Shown here piece by piece: positions 51,694-61,379 of a stretch of 64,000 nt of DNA. Source of the stretch: Betaproteobacteria bacterium SG8_41 (GTDB lineage: Bacteria > Pseudomonadota > Gammaproteobacteria > Burkholderiales > SG8-41). The stretch lies in contig LJTT01000001.1 in NCBI GenBank assembly GCA_001303585.1, positions 49,088 to 113,087 on the forward strand. The letters run 5' to 3'. The translations under genes and the position numbers were made by a program. A model generated the notes under the pieces. It had not been told where the DNA came from and ran no database searches. It was given only the letters and a program-made list of their open reading frames with translations. Numbering within the stretch: the first letter of the stretch is position 1; each line of letters begins with the position of its first letter.

Positions 51694-52488
51694 ATGCGTC
51701 AGTATCTCGACTTGATGAAGCACGTGCTGGAGCACGGCACGCCCAAAATGGACCGCACCGGCACGGGCACGCGGTCAATCTTCGGCCCGCAGATGCGCTT
51801 CGATCTCGCGGCAGGTTTTCCGCTTCTCACCACCAAGAAGGTCCATCTCAAGTCCATCATTCACGAGCTGCTGTGGTTCCTGAAGGGCGAAACCAATATC
51901 CGCTACCTCAAGGAAAACGGCGTAACGATCTGGGACGAGTGGGCGGATGAAAGCGGCGACCTGGGGCCGGTCTACGGCTATCAGTGGCGCTCGTGGCCGG
52001 CCCCCGACGGCCGCCACATCGATCAGATCAGCCAGGTGGTCGATCAGATAAGAGAGAATCCGGACTCGCGGCGTCTCATCGTCTCGGCCTGGAATGTGGC
52101 CGACCTGCCCAGGATGGCACTGCTGCCGTGCCACGCCTTCTTCCAGTTCTACGTCGCGGACGGCCGGCTCTCGTGCCAGCTCTACCAGCGCAGCGCGGAT
52201 TTCTTCCTCGGCGTTCCGTTCAACATCGCCTCCTATGCGCTGCTCACGATGATGGTCGCCCAGACATGCCGGCTCAAGCTGGGCGAGTTCGTCCACACGT
52301 TCGGCGACGCGCACCTCTATCTCAACCACCTCGACCAGGCGCGCGAGCAACTCTCTCGCCAGCCGCGCGCACTCCCGGCAATGCGCCTCAATCCGGCCGT
52401 GACGAATCTCTTCGACTTCCGTTACGAGGATTTCACTCTCGAGAACTACGACCCCCACCCGGCGATCCGCGCCCCGGTCGCGGTCTAA
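51694..52488 (+). CDS. thyA: thymidylate synthase
   Basis: [31 protein letters not shown], catalytic PCH region ([12 protein letters not shown]). Confidence 0.95.
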   Translation: MRQYLDLMKHVLEHGTPKMDRTGTGTRSIFGPQMRFDLAAGFPLLTTKKVHLKSIIHELLWFLKGETNIRYLKENGVTIWDEWADESGDLGPVYGYQWRSWPAPDGRHIDQISQVVDQIRENPDSRRLIVSAWNVADLPRMALLPCHAFFQFYVADGRLSCQLYQRSADFFLGVPFNIASYALLTMMVAQTCRLKLGEFVHTFGDAHLYLNHLDQAREQLSRQPRALPAMRLNPAVTNLFDFRYEDFTLENYDPHPAIRAPVAV

Positions 52489-52494
52489 CCGGGA

Positions 52495-52624
52495 CTGTTC
52501 CGGGTTTCAAGTTCGATGTTCAACGCTGCATGTTCAATGTCCAAAACCAGACCGTCTGACCCGGACAACCTTTAACCTTGAACGTTGAACTTTGAACTTT
52601 GAACCTTGAACATGGAACCTGGAA
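52495..52624. repeat. inverted heptad arms, GTTCAA family
   Basis: Left arm ctgttcc gggtttc aagttcg atgttca acgctgc atgttca atgtcca (52495-52543); right arm cctttaa ccttgaa cgttgaa ctttgaa ctttgaa ccttgaa catggaa cctggaa (52569-52624). The folA ATG is 6 nt downstream. Confidence 0.85.
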
Positions 52625-52629
52625 CTTCG

Positions 52630-53133
52630 ATGATCGACGGCCCGCGGCTGTCGATCATCGTCGCCATGTCCCGCAACCGCGTCATCGGCGCGGGAGGCGC
52701 GATTCCCTGGCACCTGCCGGATGAGCTCAAGCGGTTCAGGAATATCACGATGGGTCATCACATCATCATGGGCCGCAAGACCTGGGAGTCCATTGGCCGA
52801 CCGCTCCCGGGCCGCACCTCCGTCGTGGTTACCCGCCAGGCCGGCTATCGGGGGGCGGGGGCCATCGTGACGCACTCGCTCGATGAAGCCATTGCGGCGT
52901 GCCGGGACGACGAGGAGATCTTCGTTATCGGCGGGGCTGAACTCTACGCACAGGCCCTCCCGCGAGCGGACCGCATCTACCTCACAGTGGTGGACGCGGA
53001 CATCGAGGGCGATACCTGGATGCCGGAGTTCAATGCGAGCGCGTGGCGTGAAACCGCCTTCCAGTACTTTGCAGCCGATGAGCGGCACGCCCATCCCTAC
53101 CGCTGCAGCATTCATGAGCGTGTTCGCGATTAG
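52630..53133 (+). CDS. folA: dihydrofolate reductase
   Basis: LSIIVAMSRNRVIGAGGAIPWHLPDELKRFR...GRKTWESIG. ATG at 52630; the track extension MNMEPGTS is translated repeat DNA. Confidence 0.9.
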   Translation: MIDGPRLSIIVAMSRNRVIGAGGAIPWHLPDELKRFRNITMGHHIIMGRKTWESIGRPLPGRTSVVVTRQAGYRGAGAIVTHSLDEAIAACRDDEEIFVIGGAELYAQALPRADRIYLTVVDADIEGDTWMPEFNASAWRETAFQYFAADERHAHPYRCSIHERVRD

Positions 53134-53788
53134 GCGGCTTGCCTGGGCGCTGGTCGCCGCCGCGGCCTTCGGGCTTGCCGCGGCGGAGGAAAAGCTCACC
53201 GTCGATGGCCTCAAGGTGCGCGCGGCCGCAGGCGACAAGGCGGCAACCCGCCAGCTCGCCGATATGTACTATGCCGGACAGGGGGGCGTGGAGCAGGACT
53301 TCCGGGAGGCTGCACGTTGGTACGAAAAGCTGGCCAAGCTGGGCGATGCGCGTGCCCAGACGAGCCTGGGCCTCATGTACGCGCGTGGCTACGGCGTCGA
53401 GAAGGACCTGCGAAAGGCGCACCGCTACTGGGGTTTCGCCGCTGCCCAGAACGACCCGGGGGCGCAATTCAATCTTGGCCTCACCTACTCGCGCGGAGAC
53501 GGGGTCGCCCAGGACTTTGAGCGCGCAGCCCAGTGGTATACGAAGGCCGCGAGCCGGGGCCACGTTCAGGCGCAACACAACCTCGGCATGCTCTATCACC
53601 TCGGCAAGGGTGTCGACCGCGATCCGGCGCGCGCCTACTTCTGGGTCAAAGTCGCCGCGCTGCAGGGCGACAAGGTTGCCGGGGACACTTTGGGCACCGT
53701 CGCCGCGGATCTCACAGCGGAGCAGATCCAAGAGGCCGACGCCCGGGCTGCCGCCTGGACGAATAGGGCTCGGAACCTGCCGCGTTAA
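53114..53788 (+). CDS. Sel1-repeat (TPR-like) secreted protein
   Basis: Signal peptide MSVFAIRRLAWALVAAAAFGLAAA, then repeated A..WY.KAA..G...AQ..LG.MY..G.GV units. Overlaps the folA end by 20 nt. Confidence 0.8.
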   Translation: MSVFAIRRLAWALVAAAAFGLAAAEEKLTVDGLKVRAAAGDKAATRQLADMYYAGQGGVEQDFREAARWYEKLAKLGDARAQTSLGLMYARGYGVEKDLRKAHRYWGFAAAQNDPGAQFNLGLTYSRGDGVAQDFERAAQWYTKAASRGHVQAQHNLGMLYHLGKGVDRDPARAYFWVKVAALQGDKVAGDTLGTVAADLTAEQIQEADARAAAWTNRARNLPR

Positions 53789-53818
53789 GCCCGGCCGGGG
53801 GCCAACCGCTCGTCACCG

Positions 53819-53849
53819 ACAAAAAAGGCGGACCGACCCGGCCCGCCTT
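53819..53849 (-). terminator. rho-independent terminator after the decarboxylase gene
   Basis: Minus-sense AAGGCGG-gccgggtcggt-CCGCCTT followed by TTTTTGT; 20 nt past the stop. Confidence 0.6.
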
Positions 53850-53869
53850 CAGTTGCGTTGCGGCGCCGC

Positions 53870-55057
53870 TCAGATCACACGGACATCCGGCAGCGGAAAG
53901 CCATTGAAGTTACTGGCATAGGCCGTGGTGTACGCACCGGCGTTGGCGATGTAGATGAAATCGCCTTCCTGCAAGTCTTCGGGGAACAGCTCGTCGCGCA
54001 TGCACACGTCCACCGAATCGCAAGTCGGGCCGGCGATATTCCAGGGCACGAGCTTGCCGGTGCGGTCTGTCAGAACATCGTAGCGCAGGCCCTCAGTGGT
54101 CTCGATAACTCCGCCGAATACCCCGGCATCCCAGTACATCCAGCGCTTGCCCGAGCGCGTCGCCGTGCCGACCACCCGGCAAACGAAGAAGCCGGCATCC
54201 GAGACAAAATAGCGGCCCGGCTCTGCCATGACGCGCACCGTCTGCGGAACATCGCGCAGCGCATGGTTCACCACCTCGGCAATCTTCTCGATCGACGGAA
54301 TGGGCTTGACATGCCGTACCGGGTAGCCGCCGCCGATATTGAGCAGCCGCGGGTCGAGGCCCGCCAGCCGCATTTTCCTGAAAACGCGCTTTGCGCTCTG
54401 GATACCGACCCTCCAGTTCTCGGGGTTGCGGCACTGCGAGCCCACGTGGAACGTCACGCCGGCGAGATCCGCCTTGAGCCCTACCGCTTCGGCGATGATG
54501 GCATCGACCTCCTGGGCCTTCATCCCGAACTTGCCCGCGAGCGGCCAGTCGCTGCCGACGTTGGGGGCCTCGATCCGGACATAGAGCTTGGCGTCGGGCT
54601 TGATGCTCACGATCTTGCGCAGCTCTTCCAGGCTGTCCAGCACGAACCACTCCACGCCCTTCTCGGCGGCGTAGCGGATGTAGTCGCGCGACTTCATCGG
54701 GTTGCTGTAGCACACCTCCTGCGCCGGCACCCCGAGCTCCAGAAGAATGTCGAGCTCCGCGATCGAGGCGATTTCGAACCCCGCCCCTTCTTCGATCAAC
54801 ACCTTGAGCACACGCGGATCCGGGTTGGCCTTGACCGCGTAGTGCGGATGCACGCGCGGCATCGCGCCCTTGAAGCGGCGGACCTTGTTGCGAACGATCT
54901 CGGTGTCGACAAGCAGGAAAGGCTTGGTGTAGCCCTGCTTCAGCGCTTCCCGGACGTGGCGGAACTCAAGCCGGATCTCGGGATGGGTGTCGAAAAGGTG
55001 GGAATCAGTGTCGGATGTAGCCTGGGATTTCTTGAGGGCGACGGGGCGCACGGCCAT
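53870..55057 (-). CDS. type III PLP-dependent decarboxylase (ornithine/lysine decarboxylase type)
   Basis: HPHYAVKANPDPRV PLP-lysine motif, Orn/DAP/Arg decarboxylase layout. ATG at 55057, 8 nt after AAGGAG. Confidence 0.85.
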   Translation of the reverse strand: MAVRPVALKKSQATSDTDSHLFDTHPEIRLEFRHVREALKQGYTKPFLLVDTEIVRNKVRRFKGAMPRVHPHYAVKANPDPRVLKVLIEEGAGFEIASIAELDILLELGVPAQEVCYSNPMKSRDYIRYAAEKGVEWFVLDSLEELRKIVSIKPDAKLYVRIEAPNVGSDWPLAGKFGMKAQEVDAIIAEAVGLKADLAGVTFHVGSQCRNPENWRVGIQSAKRVFRKMRLAGLDPRLLNIGGGYPVRHVKPIPSIEKIAEVVNHALRDVPQTVRVMAEPGRYFVSDAGFFVCRVVGTATRSGKRWMYWDAGVFGGVIETTEGLRYDVLTDRTGKLVPWNIAGPTCDSVDVCMRDELFPEDLQEGDFIYIANAGAYTTAYASNFNGFPLPDVRVI

Positions 55058-55079
55058 CAACGTTCTCCTTGAGACCTAG

Positions 55080-55156
55080 GTTTCGGGTACATCCAGCGCA
55101 GCCACATCGGCTGCCCACCAGCATGCTCTTGCTGTTGTCATCTTCCCCTCCGAAAC
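55080..55156 (-). promoter_or_regulatory. structured 5' leader of the decarboxylase gene
   Basis: Minus-sense GUUUCGG ... CCGAAAC closing stem encloses hairpins CAGCA-agagca-UGCUG and GCAGCC-gaugu-GGCUGC. It ends 10 nt before the AAGGAG ribosome-binding site. Confidence 0.35.
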
Positions 55157-55195
55157 ATCGTCAGCGCGCTGCAAAAAAAAGTGAAACTTGCGCGA

Positions 55196-55223
55196 ATTAT
55201 AGGAGTACTACGCTGGATTTCAA
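55196..55223 (-). promoter_or_regulatory. sigma-70 type promoter of the decarboxylase gene
   Basis: Minus-sense TTGAAA (55223-55218), a 16-nt spacer, then TATAAT (55201-55196). Confidence 0.55.
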
Positions 55224-55612
55224 GAGTTTTACCGGAATTTTTCCCCGCTTTCGTCCATGCGGTCGCGCACGCGCAACAGCTGAAGCGGCGGCGCGGAGCC
55301 GCCAACGCCTCGCGTGAAGGCGACGAGCGAGTTGTAGCGCGTTGCTCGCGCGCCGAGCGCGGCCGCAACCGTGACGCGCGTCACGCACGCAGTAAGGTTT
55401 GCGAAAGCCGCGGTGCGGGTGCGGGCGAGCAGACTCGCTCTTCGCGGCCTCTCCCCCAGCGCAAGCACTCGATGGACGCTCCGACGGAGGCCGCGCTACG
55501 TGGCCTCAACAATTCTCGATCGCTGAGCAGCGCAAGGGCGCACGCGCCAGCGGCGCCCGCGCGCTTGGTTTCAGTGGATGGGGACGACCGTGGAGCAAGG
55601 CGCCCCGGCCGG

Positions 55613-56185
55613 TCAGACCTTTGGTGGTGTAACGCCGACCTGCCCTTGGTATTTGCCGCCCCGATCCTTGTACGACGTCTCGCAGATGTCGTCCGGTGCG
55701 GACTCGAGGAAGATGACCTGGGCCACCCCCTCGTTTGCATAGATCTTCGCGGGCAACGGAGTGGTGTTGGAGAACTCGAGCGTGACGTATCCCTCCCACT
55801 CCGGCTCGAGCGGGGTCACGTTAACGATGATGCCGCAGCGCGCGTAGGTCGACTTGCCGAGGCACAGGACCAGTACGTTGCGCGGGACCCGGAAATATTC
55901 GACGGTGCGGGCCAGGGCGAAGGAGTTGGGCGGAATGATGCAGACGTCGCTTTTCAGGTCGACGAACGAGTTGGGATCGAAGCTTTTCGGGTCGACGATC
56001 GTGGTGTTGATGTTGGTGAACAACTTGAATTCGTCCGAGCAACGGATGTCGTAGCCGTAGCTTGAGGTGCCGAAGGATACGACCCGGCTCCCGCTCAGGG
56101 TCTTTACCTGCCCCGGCTCGAAGGGCTCGATCATGCGCTGCTCCAGCGCCATGCGGCGAATCCAGCGATCTGATTTGATTGACAT
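55613..56185 (-). CDS. dcd: dCTP deaminase
   Basis: [27 protein letters not shown]; 190 aa. Confidence 0.93.
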   Translation of the reverse strand: MSIKSDRWIRRMALEQRMIEPFEPGQVKTLSGSRVVSFGTSSYGYDIRCSDEFKLFTNINTTIVDPKSFDPNSFVDLKSDVCIIPPNSFALARTVEYFRVPRNVLVLCLGKSTYARCGIIVNVTPLEPEWEGYVTLEFSNTTPLPAKIYANEGVAQVIFLESAPDDICETSYKDRGGKYQGQVGVTPPKV

Positions 56186-56248
56186 CTTCTATTCAGCGGC
56201 TAGCGGCAAGAACAATCTGGACGCTCGTGCCCGCGTCGTGCATCACGA

Positions 56249-57337
56249 TTAGGTATTCTGAACCACGATCTTGGGGAACGCAGCGGTGTGGTCCTGTGCC
56301 TTTTCCGCGATCTTCACCGCTACGCGCCGCGCGATCTGCTTGTAAATTTCCGAGACCGAGCCGTCGGGATCGGACACGACCGTTGGCTTGCCCGAGTCGG
56401 CGTGCTGGCGAATCTTGATATCGAGAGGCAGGGCGCCCAGCATTTCGGCGTCGTAATCCTTACCCATGCGCTCGGCACCACCCTCGCCGAAGATGCGCTC
56501 CTCGTGGCCGCACTTGGAGCAGATGTGAGTGCTCATGTTCTCGATGATGCCAAGGATCGGAATGCCGACTTTCTCGAACATCTTGAGCCCTTTGCGGGCG
56601 TCGATCAGGGCGATGTCCTGAGGCGTGGTGACGATGACCGCCCCCGTCACGGGCACACGCTGTGCGAGCGTCAACTGGATGTCCCCCGTGCCGGGCGGAA
56701 GGTCCACGATCAGGTAGTCCACGTCGCGCCACTTGGTTTCATTCAGCAGCTGCTCGAGCGCCTGGGTGACCATCGGACCGCGCCAGACCATCGGCGTCTC
56801 GACATCGATGAGGAAGCCGATCGACATTGCCTGAAGGCCATGGCCCTCCATCGGCTCGAGGCTCTTGCCGTCGCGCGACTCCGGCCGCCCCCGAATGCCG
56901 AGCATCGTTGGCTGTGAGGGGCCGTAGATATCCGCGTCCAGCACGCCCACCGTCGCGCCTTCGGCGGCCAGGGCCAGGGCCAGGTTGACGGCCACCGTGC
57001 TCTTGCCAACGCCGCCCTTGCCGGATGCCACCGCGATGATGTTCTTAATGCCATGCACCAGCTTCACGCCGCGCTGCACCGCGTGAGAAATGATCTTCAT
57101 CTGGACATTGACACTGACTTGCCCGGCGCCCGGGATACTCCTCAGCTGTTGTGTGACCATCTGCCTGATCGGCTCGATCTGGCTTTTCGCCGGATAGCCG
57201 AGAAGGATGTCGACCGAGACCCTGTCGCCCTCGATCTTGATGTGGCGGGCCGACTTGGTGGCGACGAAATCCTTGCGGGTATTGGGGTCAGTCAGCTGTT
57301 TCAGCGCCTCCTGAACCTGTTGCTCCGTGATGGCCAT
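56249..57337 (-). CDS. apbC: iron-sulfur cluster carrier protein ApbC/Mrp
   Basis: Deviant Walker A ASGKGGVGKST, CxxC (CSKCGHE), N-terminal DUF59-like domain. Confidence 0.9.
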   Translation of the reverse strand: MAITEQQVQEALKQLTDPNTRKDFVATKSARHIKIEGDRVSVDILLGYPAKSQIEPIRQMVTQQLRSIPGAGQVSVNVQMKIISHAVQRGVKLVHGIKNIIAVASGKGGVGKSTVAVNLALALAAEGATVGVLDADIYGPSQPTMLGIRGRPESRDGKSLEPMEGHGLQAMSIGFLIDVETPMVWRGPMVTQALEQLLNETKWRDVDYLIVDLPPGTGDIQLTLAQRVPVTGAVIVTTPQDIALIDARKGLKMFEKVGIPILGIIENMSTHICSKCGHEERIFGEGGAERMGKDYDAEMLGALPLDIKIRQHADSGKPTVVSDPDGSVSEIYKQIARRVAVKIAEKAQDHTAAFPKIVVQNT

Positions 57338-57523
57338 ATGCGATCCTCTTCCAGCGTGTAGGGCGCGATTCTAATCAATTCGCGGCGACAATCCTATTGC
57401 CGGGCGCAATACGCGGCGCGTCGTGCGCAGATTCCAAAAATCCCTGCCTTGAACCCGCAAATGAATAACGATTACGCCTCACCTGTTTGTTACAATTCGA
57501 GGACTTAAGTTTCATAAAATTCA

Positions 57524-59593
57524 ATGGAAAAGCGTCGAATCCTCGTAACCTCGGCCCTCCCCTATGCCAACGGGGCGATCCACCTCGGGCATCTGGTGGG
57601 CTACACCCAGACCGATATCTGGGTGCGCTACCAGCGCATGCAGGGGCATGAGGTCCACTACTGCTGCGCCGACGACACGCACGGGACGCCGATCATGCTG
57701 CGCGCCGAGCAGGATGGCGTGACCCCGGAGCAACTCATCGCGCGCATGCATGCGGAGCACCTGCGTGACTTTACCGGCTTCCATATTGAATTCGATAACT
57801 ACTATTCGACCCACTCCGACGAGAATCGCGAGATTTGCTACGAGATCTTCCGCCGCCTGGTCAAAGCCGACCTCATCGAAAAACGGCCGATCGAGCAGTA
57901 CTTCGACCCGGTCAAGGGGCTCTTCCTGCCGGACCGGTTCATTAAGGGCGAGTGCCCGAAATGCCATGCCAAAGATCAATATGGGGACGCCTGCGAGTCC
58001 TGCGGCTCGACTTACGCCCCCACCGACCTCGTCAACCCGTATTCCGCCATCTCCGGGGCGATCCCGGTCCGGAAGCAGTCCGACCACTATTTCTTCAAGC
58101 TCGGGCAGTGCGCTGATTTTCTGAGGATCTGGACGCGTGGCGTCGGCACGCTACAGCCGGAGGCTGTCAACAAGCTCGACGAGTGGTTCCGCGCCGGTCT
58201 CACGGACTGGGATATATCGCGTGACGCGCCCTATTTCGGCTTCGAAATCCCGGATGCGCCCGGCAAGTATTTTTATGTCTGGCTCGAAGCGCCGATCGGC
58301 TACTTCGCGAGCTTCAAGAATCTCTGCGCCCGCGAGGGGATCGACTACGATGCCTTCACCGACCGCATCAGGAGCCGGGACGAGGCGACGGAAATGATCC
58401 ATTTCATCGGCAAGGACATCCTCTATTTTCACGCGCTGTTCTGGCCGGCGGTGCTGGAGAGCGCGGCATTTCGCACGCCGACCTTCGTCTTCGCCCACGG
58501 CTTTCTCACCGTGAACGGCGAGAAGATGTCCAAATCGCGCGGCACGTTCATCACAGCGGAAAGTTATCTCAAGCAAGGGCTCAATCCCGAATGGCTGCGG
58601 TATTACTACGCGGCGAAGCTCGGCCCTACGATGGAGGACATCGATCTCAGCCTGGATGACTTCGTTGCGCGCGTAAACAGCGATCTCGTGGGCAAATACG
58701 TCAACATCGCGAGCCGGGCCTCGACGTTCCTCCATCGGCACTTCGATGGGGACATCTCCCAAGCTGCAGTGGAAACCGGCCATGACAACGTATTGGCCGC
58801 GGGCGTGCAGGAGATAGAAGATGAAGTCCGGGAAGCGTACAATGCACGCGATTACGGCAGGGCCGTGCGCGCCGTGATGCGCTACGCTGACAGAATCAAT
58901 CAGTACTTCGACGCCAATAAGCCCTGGGAACTCGCAAAACGCCAGGATGATCGGGCGCGGTTGCACGCTGTGTGCAGCGAGGCCATCGCGGCCTTTCATC
59001 GCATGACCATCTTTTTGAAACCCGTCCTGCCGGCGCTGGCAGAGCGCGCGGAGAAATTCCTCGGAACACCCGGTCTGACGTGGCACGACCTGGGCCGGCG
59101 GCCGGCGCAGATCGGAAAGTACGACCATCTCATGACCCGCATTGACCCCAAGCAGGTTTCGGCGCTGGTCGAAGCCAACAAGGAAACACTCCAGCCCACG
59201 CGACAGCCGCATTCGCAACAACGTCACGCCCAACACCAGGAGCATATCGTGGAGACGACACCCGGCAGCCCGATCTCCGCCGACGATTTCGGCAAGGTCG
59301 ACCTGCGCGTCGCAAAAATCGTCCAGGCCGAGCACGTCGAAGGCGCAGACAAGTTGCTGAAGCTGACACTCGATCTCGGCGGCGAGACGCGCACCGTCTT
59401 CGCCGGCATCAAGGCCGCTTACGAGCCCGCTCAACTCGTGGGACGCCTGACGGTGGCGGTCGCGAATCTTGCGCCGCGAAAGATGAAGTTCGGAGTATCC
59501 GAAGGCATGGTGCTCGCGGCAAGCGGTGAAGGCCCCGGTCTCTTCCTGCTTTCTCCCGATGCGGGCGCAAGTCCCGGAATGCGGGTCAAATGA
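57524..59593 (+). CDS. metG: methionine--tRNA ligase
   Basis: [14 protein letters not shown] (HIGH), zinc knuckle [28 protein letters not shown]-terminal tRNA-binding domain. Confidence 0.96.
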   Translation: MEKRRILVTSALPYANGAIHLGHLVGYTQTDIWVRYQRMQGHEVHYCCADDTHGTPIMLRAEQDGVTPEQLIARMHAEHLRDFTGFHIEFDNYYSTHSDENREICYEIFRRLVKADLIEKRPIEQYFDPVKGLFLPDRFIKGECPKCHAKDQYGDACESCGSTYAPTDLVNPYSAISGAIPVRKQSDHYFFKLGQCADFLRIWTRGVGTLQPEAVNKLDEWFRAGLTDWDISRDAPYFGFEIPDAPGKYFYVWLEAPIGYFASFKNLCAREGIDYDAFTDRIRSRDEATEMIHFIGKDILYFHALFWPAVLESAAFRTPTFVFAHGFLTVNGEKMSKSRGTFITAESYLKQGLNPEWLRYYYAAKLGPTMEDIDLSLDDFVARVNSDLVGKYVNIASRASTFLHRHFDGDISQAAVETGHDNVLAAGVQEIEDEVREAYNARDYGRAVRAVMRYADRINQYFDANKPWELAKRQDDRARLHAVCSEAIAAFHRMTIFLKPVLPALAERAEKFLGTPGLTWHDLGRRPAQIGKYDHLMTRIDPKQVSALVEANKETLQPTRQPHSQQRHAQHQEHIVETTPGSPISADDFGKVDLRVAKIVQAEHVEGADKLLKLTLDLGGETRTVFAGIKAAYEPAQLVGRLTVAVANLAPRKMKFGVSEGMVLAASGEGPGLFLLSPDAGASPGMRVK

Positions 59594-59678
59594 CGAAAAT
59601 AGGGGAAATGGCGAAACGCGAGGCAAGCGCGGGCGCGGCTTTCGGGTTTACCATTTACCATTCACGATTCAAGAATCG
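59591..59678. repeat. inverted heptad arms, CATTTAC/ATTCAC type (left arm weak)
   Basis: Right arm gggttta ccattta ccattca cgattca agaatcg (59644-59678); left arm gaaatgg cgaaacg within 59591-59625. Lies between the metG stop and the cyclase gene start. Confidence 0.6.
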
Positions 59679-59689
59679 CGGATAAGAGC

Positions 59690-60958
59690 GTGCTGGCGCG
59701 GGGAAACCGGACATTCATCTGCAGCGTCGTCTTCATCGATATCGTCGAGTATTCGAGGAAGGCGGTTGCCGAACAGATCAGGCTCAAAGAGCAGCTCAAC
59801 GCGCTGCTCGCCGAGGCGCTCAAGGATGTCGCCGCGAACGATCGCGTCATTCTCGACACCGGCGACGGCGCGGCGATCAGTTTTGTCGGCGATCCCGAGG
59901 ATGCGCTGTTCGTTTGCATCGCGTTGCGCGACGCGGTAGCAACGCCCCCGCAAGGCACTGCCGTCCCGCTGCAGATGCGGATCGGCATCAACCTCGGGCC
60001 GGTAAAGTTGGTCCAGGACCTGAACGGGCAACCCAATATCATCGGCGACGGCATCAACGTGGCGCAGCGGATCATGGCCTTCGCCGAGCCCAACCAGATC
60101 CTGGTGGCTCGCTCCTACTACGAAGTGGTGTCCTGCCTGTCCGACGCGTACGCGAAGCTCTTCCAGTACGAGGGATCTCGCACCGACAAGCACGTGCGCG
60201 AGCACGAAGTCTATGCGGTGGGTGACAGCACGCTCGAGCTCAGGCTGAAGTTCGAGGCTGACCGGCCGACGCCCCCCCCGCTGTCGGCCTCCGCCGCCAT
60301 GGGCAAGAGCGTGATGGATCAGCTCACGTATTTTCCGTCGCGAGTGACGGAAAACCTGCGCACGCGCCCCCGCCTCGGCACCGCCCTGGCAGTGGTCGCG
60401 ATCCTGGTGATCGCAATGGCCTTGCGCGGAATGCGCGACCGTCCGGAGCCACTGCGCCAGGCGCGGGCGCCGGCGAAAGCGATCACGGCTGCGCCGGCGA
60501 ATCCTGTGCAGGAGCCGTCCGAGCCCGCGGCCGCGCCGGAGCCCGCGCTCGAGGCCACGCCCGAGCCTGGGCCGGCAGCGACCGCGGAGAAGGAAAAACC
60601 CGAGTCGCCCCCGGTCAGGACCGCCGCGGTCCCCGCATCGCCCGAGCGAAAAAAGACCACGCTCGCGCCGCCGTCCCGTCCATCACGGGAGAGCGCGACC
60701 TCCCCAGCGCCGTTTTCCATGCTGGAGGCCGAACCGGCGTCCGCGAGCGCGCCCGCTGTTGTCTCCTTCGCGATCGCGCCCTGGGGCGAGATTTACGTCG
60801 ACGGACAAAAGCGGGGTGTGAGCCCGCCGATGCGGGAAATCGAGCTCAGTCCGGGGCAATACAAGATCGAGGTGCGCAACACGACTTTTCCCGTGCATGC
60901 CCGGACGATCGAGGTCGAGTCCGGGGGGCGGATTAGAATAAAGCACCAATTCCGTTGA
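59690..60958 (+). CDS. class III nucleotidyl cyclase domain - transmembrane - PEGA domain protein
   Basis: VVFIDIVEYS, LDTGDGAAISF and GDGINVAQRI (metal Asp, Asn, Arg positions present). One transmembrane segment (LGTALAVVAILVIAMAL), a Pro/Ala-rich linker, and a C-terminal PEGA-like beta domain (GEIYVDGQKRGVSP...YKIEVRN). GTG start. Confidence 0.7.
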   Translation: MLARGNRTFICSVVFIDIVEYSRKAVAEQIRLKEQLNALLAEALKDVAANDRVILDTGDGAAISFVGDPEDALFVCIALRDAVATPPQGTAVPLQMRIGINLGPVKLVQDLNGQPNIIGDGINVAQRIMAFAEPNQILVARSYYEVVSCLSDAYAKLFQYEGSRTDKHVREHEVYAVGDSTLELRLKFEADRPTPPPLSASAAMGKSVMDQLTYFPSRVTENLRTRPRLGTALAVVAILVIAMALRGMRDRPEPLRQARAPAKAITAAPANPVQEPSEPAAAPEPALEATPEPGPAATAEKEKPESPPVRTAAVPASPERKKTTLAPPSRPSRESATSPAPFSMLEAEPASASAPAVVSFAIAPWGEIYVDGQKRGVSPPMREIELSPGQYKIEVRNTTFPVHARTIEVESGGRIRIKHQFR

Positions 60959-60968
60959 GGGTGAACTC

Positions 60969-61367
60969 ATGAGGGCTATGCTGTTTCTGCTCGCGTTGTG
61001 TGGGCTGCTGGCCGGCTGCGAGTCCGCGCCAGTGCAGCAGATGACGCAGGACATCACGAGCGTTTTCGAAACCCCCAAGGGCGAGCCTGCCCTGGCAGCG
61101 GGCATCCGCGCGTACGAGGAGGGCGACTACAACGCGGCGTCGCGGCAGCTGCAGAGCGCCTTGCAAGCCGGACTGAACAGCTTCGGCAAAATCAAGGCCC
61201 ACAAGTACCTCGCCTTCATCCATTGCGCCTCCGGCCGGGAATCACGCTGTCGCGATGAGTTCCGCAAGGTCCTGTGGCTCAGCCCGGATTTCGAGCTGGC
61301 GCCGGCGGAAGCCGGTCATCCGACCTGGGGCCCGGTCTTCCGCAGCGTGAAAGCGGAACAATTATAG
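60969..61367 (+). CDS. lipoprotein (lipobox LLAGC), family not recognised
   Basis: MRAMLFLLALCGLLAGCES signal plus lipobox. GAGGG ribosome-binding site 8 nt upstream. TPR-like helix pair (YEEGDYNAASRQLQSAL). Confidence 0.7.
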   Translation: MRAMLFLLALCGLLAGCESAPVQQMTQDITSVFETPKGEPALAAGIRAYEEGDYNAASRQLQSALQAGLNSFGKIKAHKYLAFIHCASGRESRCRDEFRKVLWLSPDFELAPAEAGHPTWGPVFRSVKAEQL

Positions 61368-61379
61368 AGTCCGGTCGCC

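Noticed and set aside
55138-55158. The mini-ORF MFRRGR as an independent leader-peptide gene.
   Set aside because: It has no Shine-Dalgarno sequence and is only 6 codons long. It is kept only as a remark within the decarboxylase-leader finding.
55229-55468. A 79-codon GTG ORF with high GC3 in the dcd-decarboxylase spacer.
   Set aside because: It has no ribosome-binding site and no recognisable motif. High GC3 is expected by chance in such GC-rich DNA.
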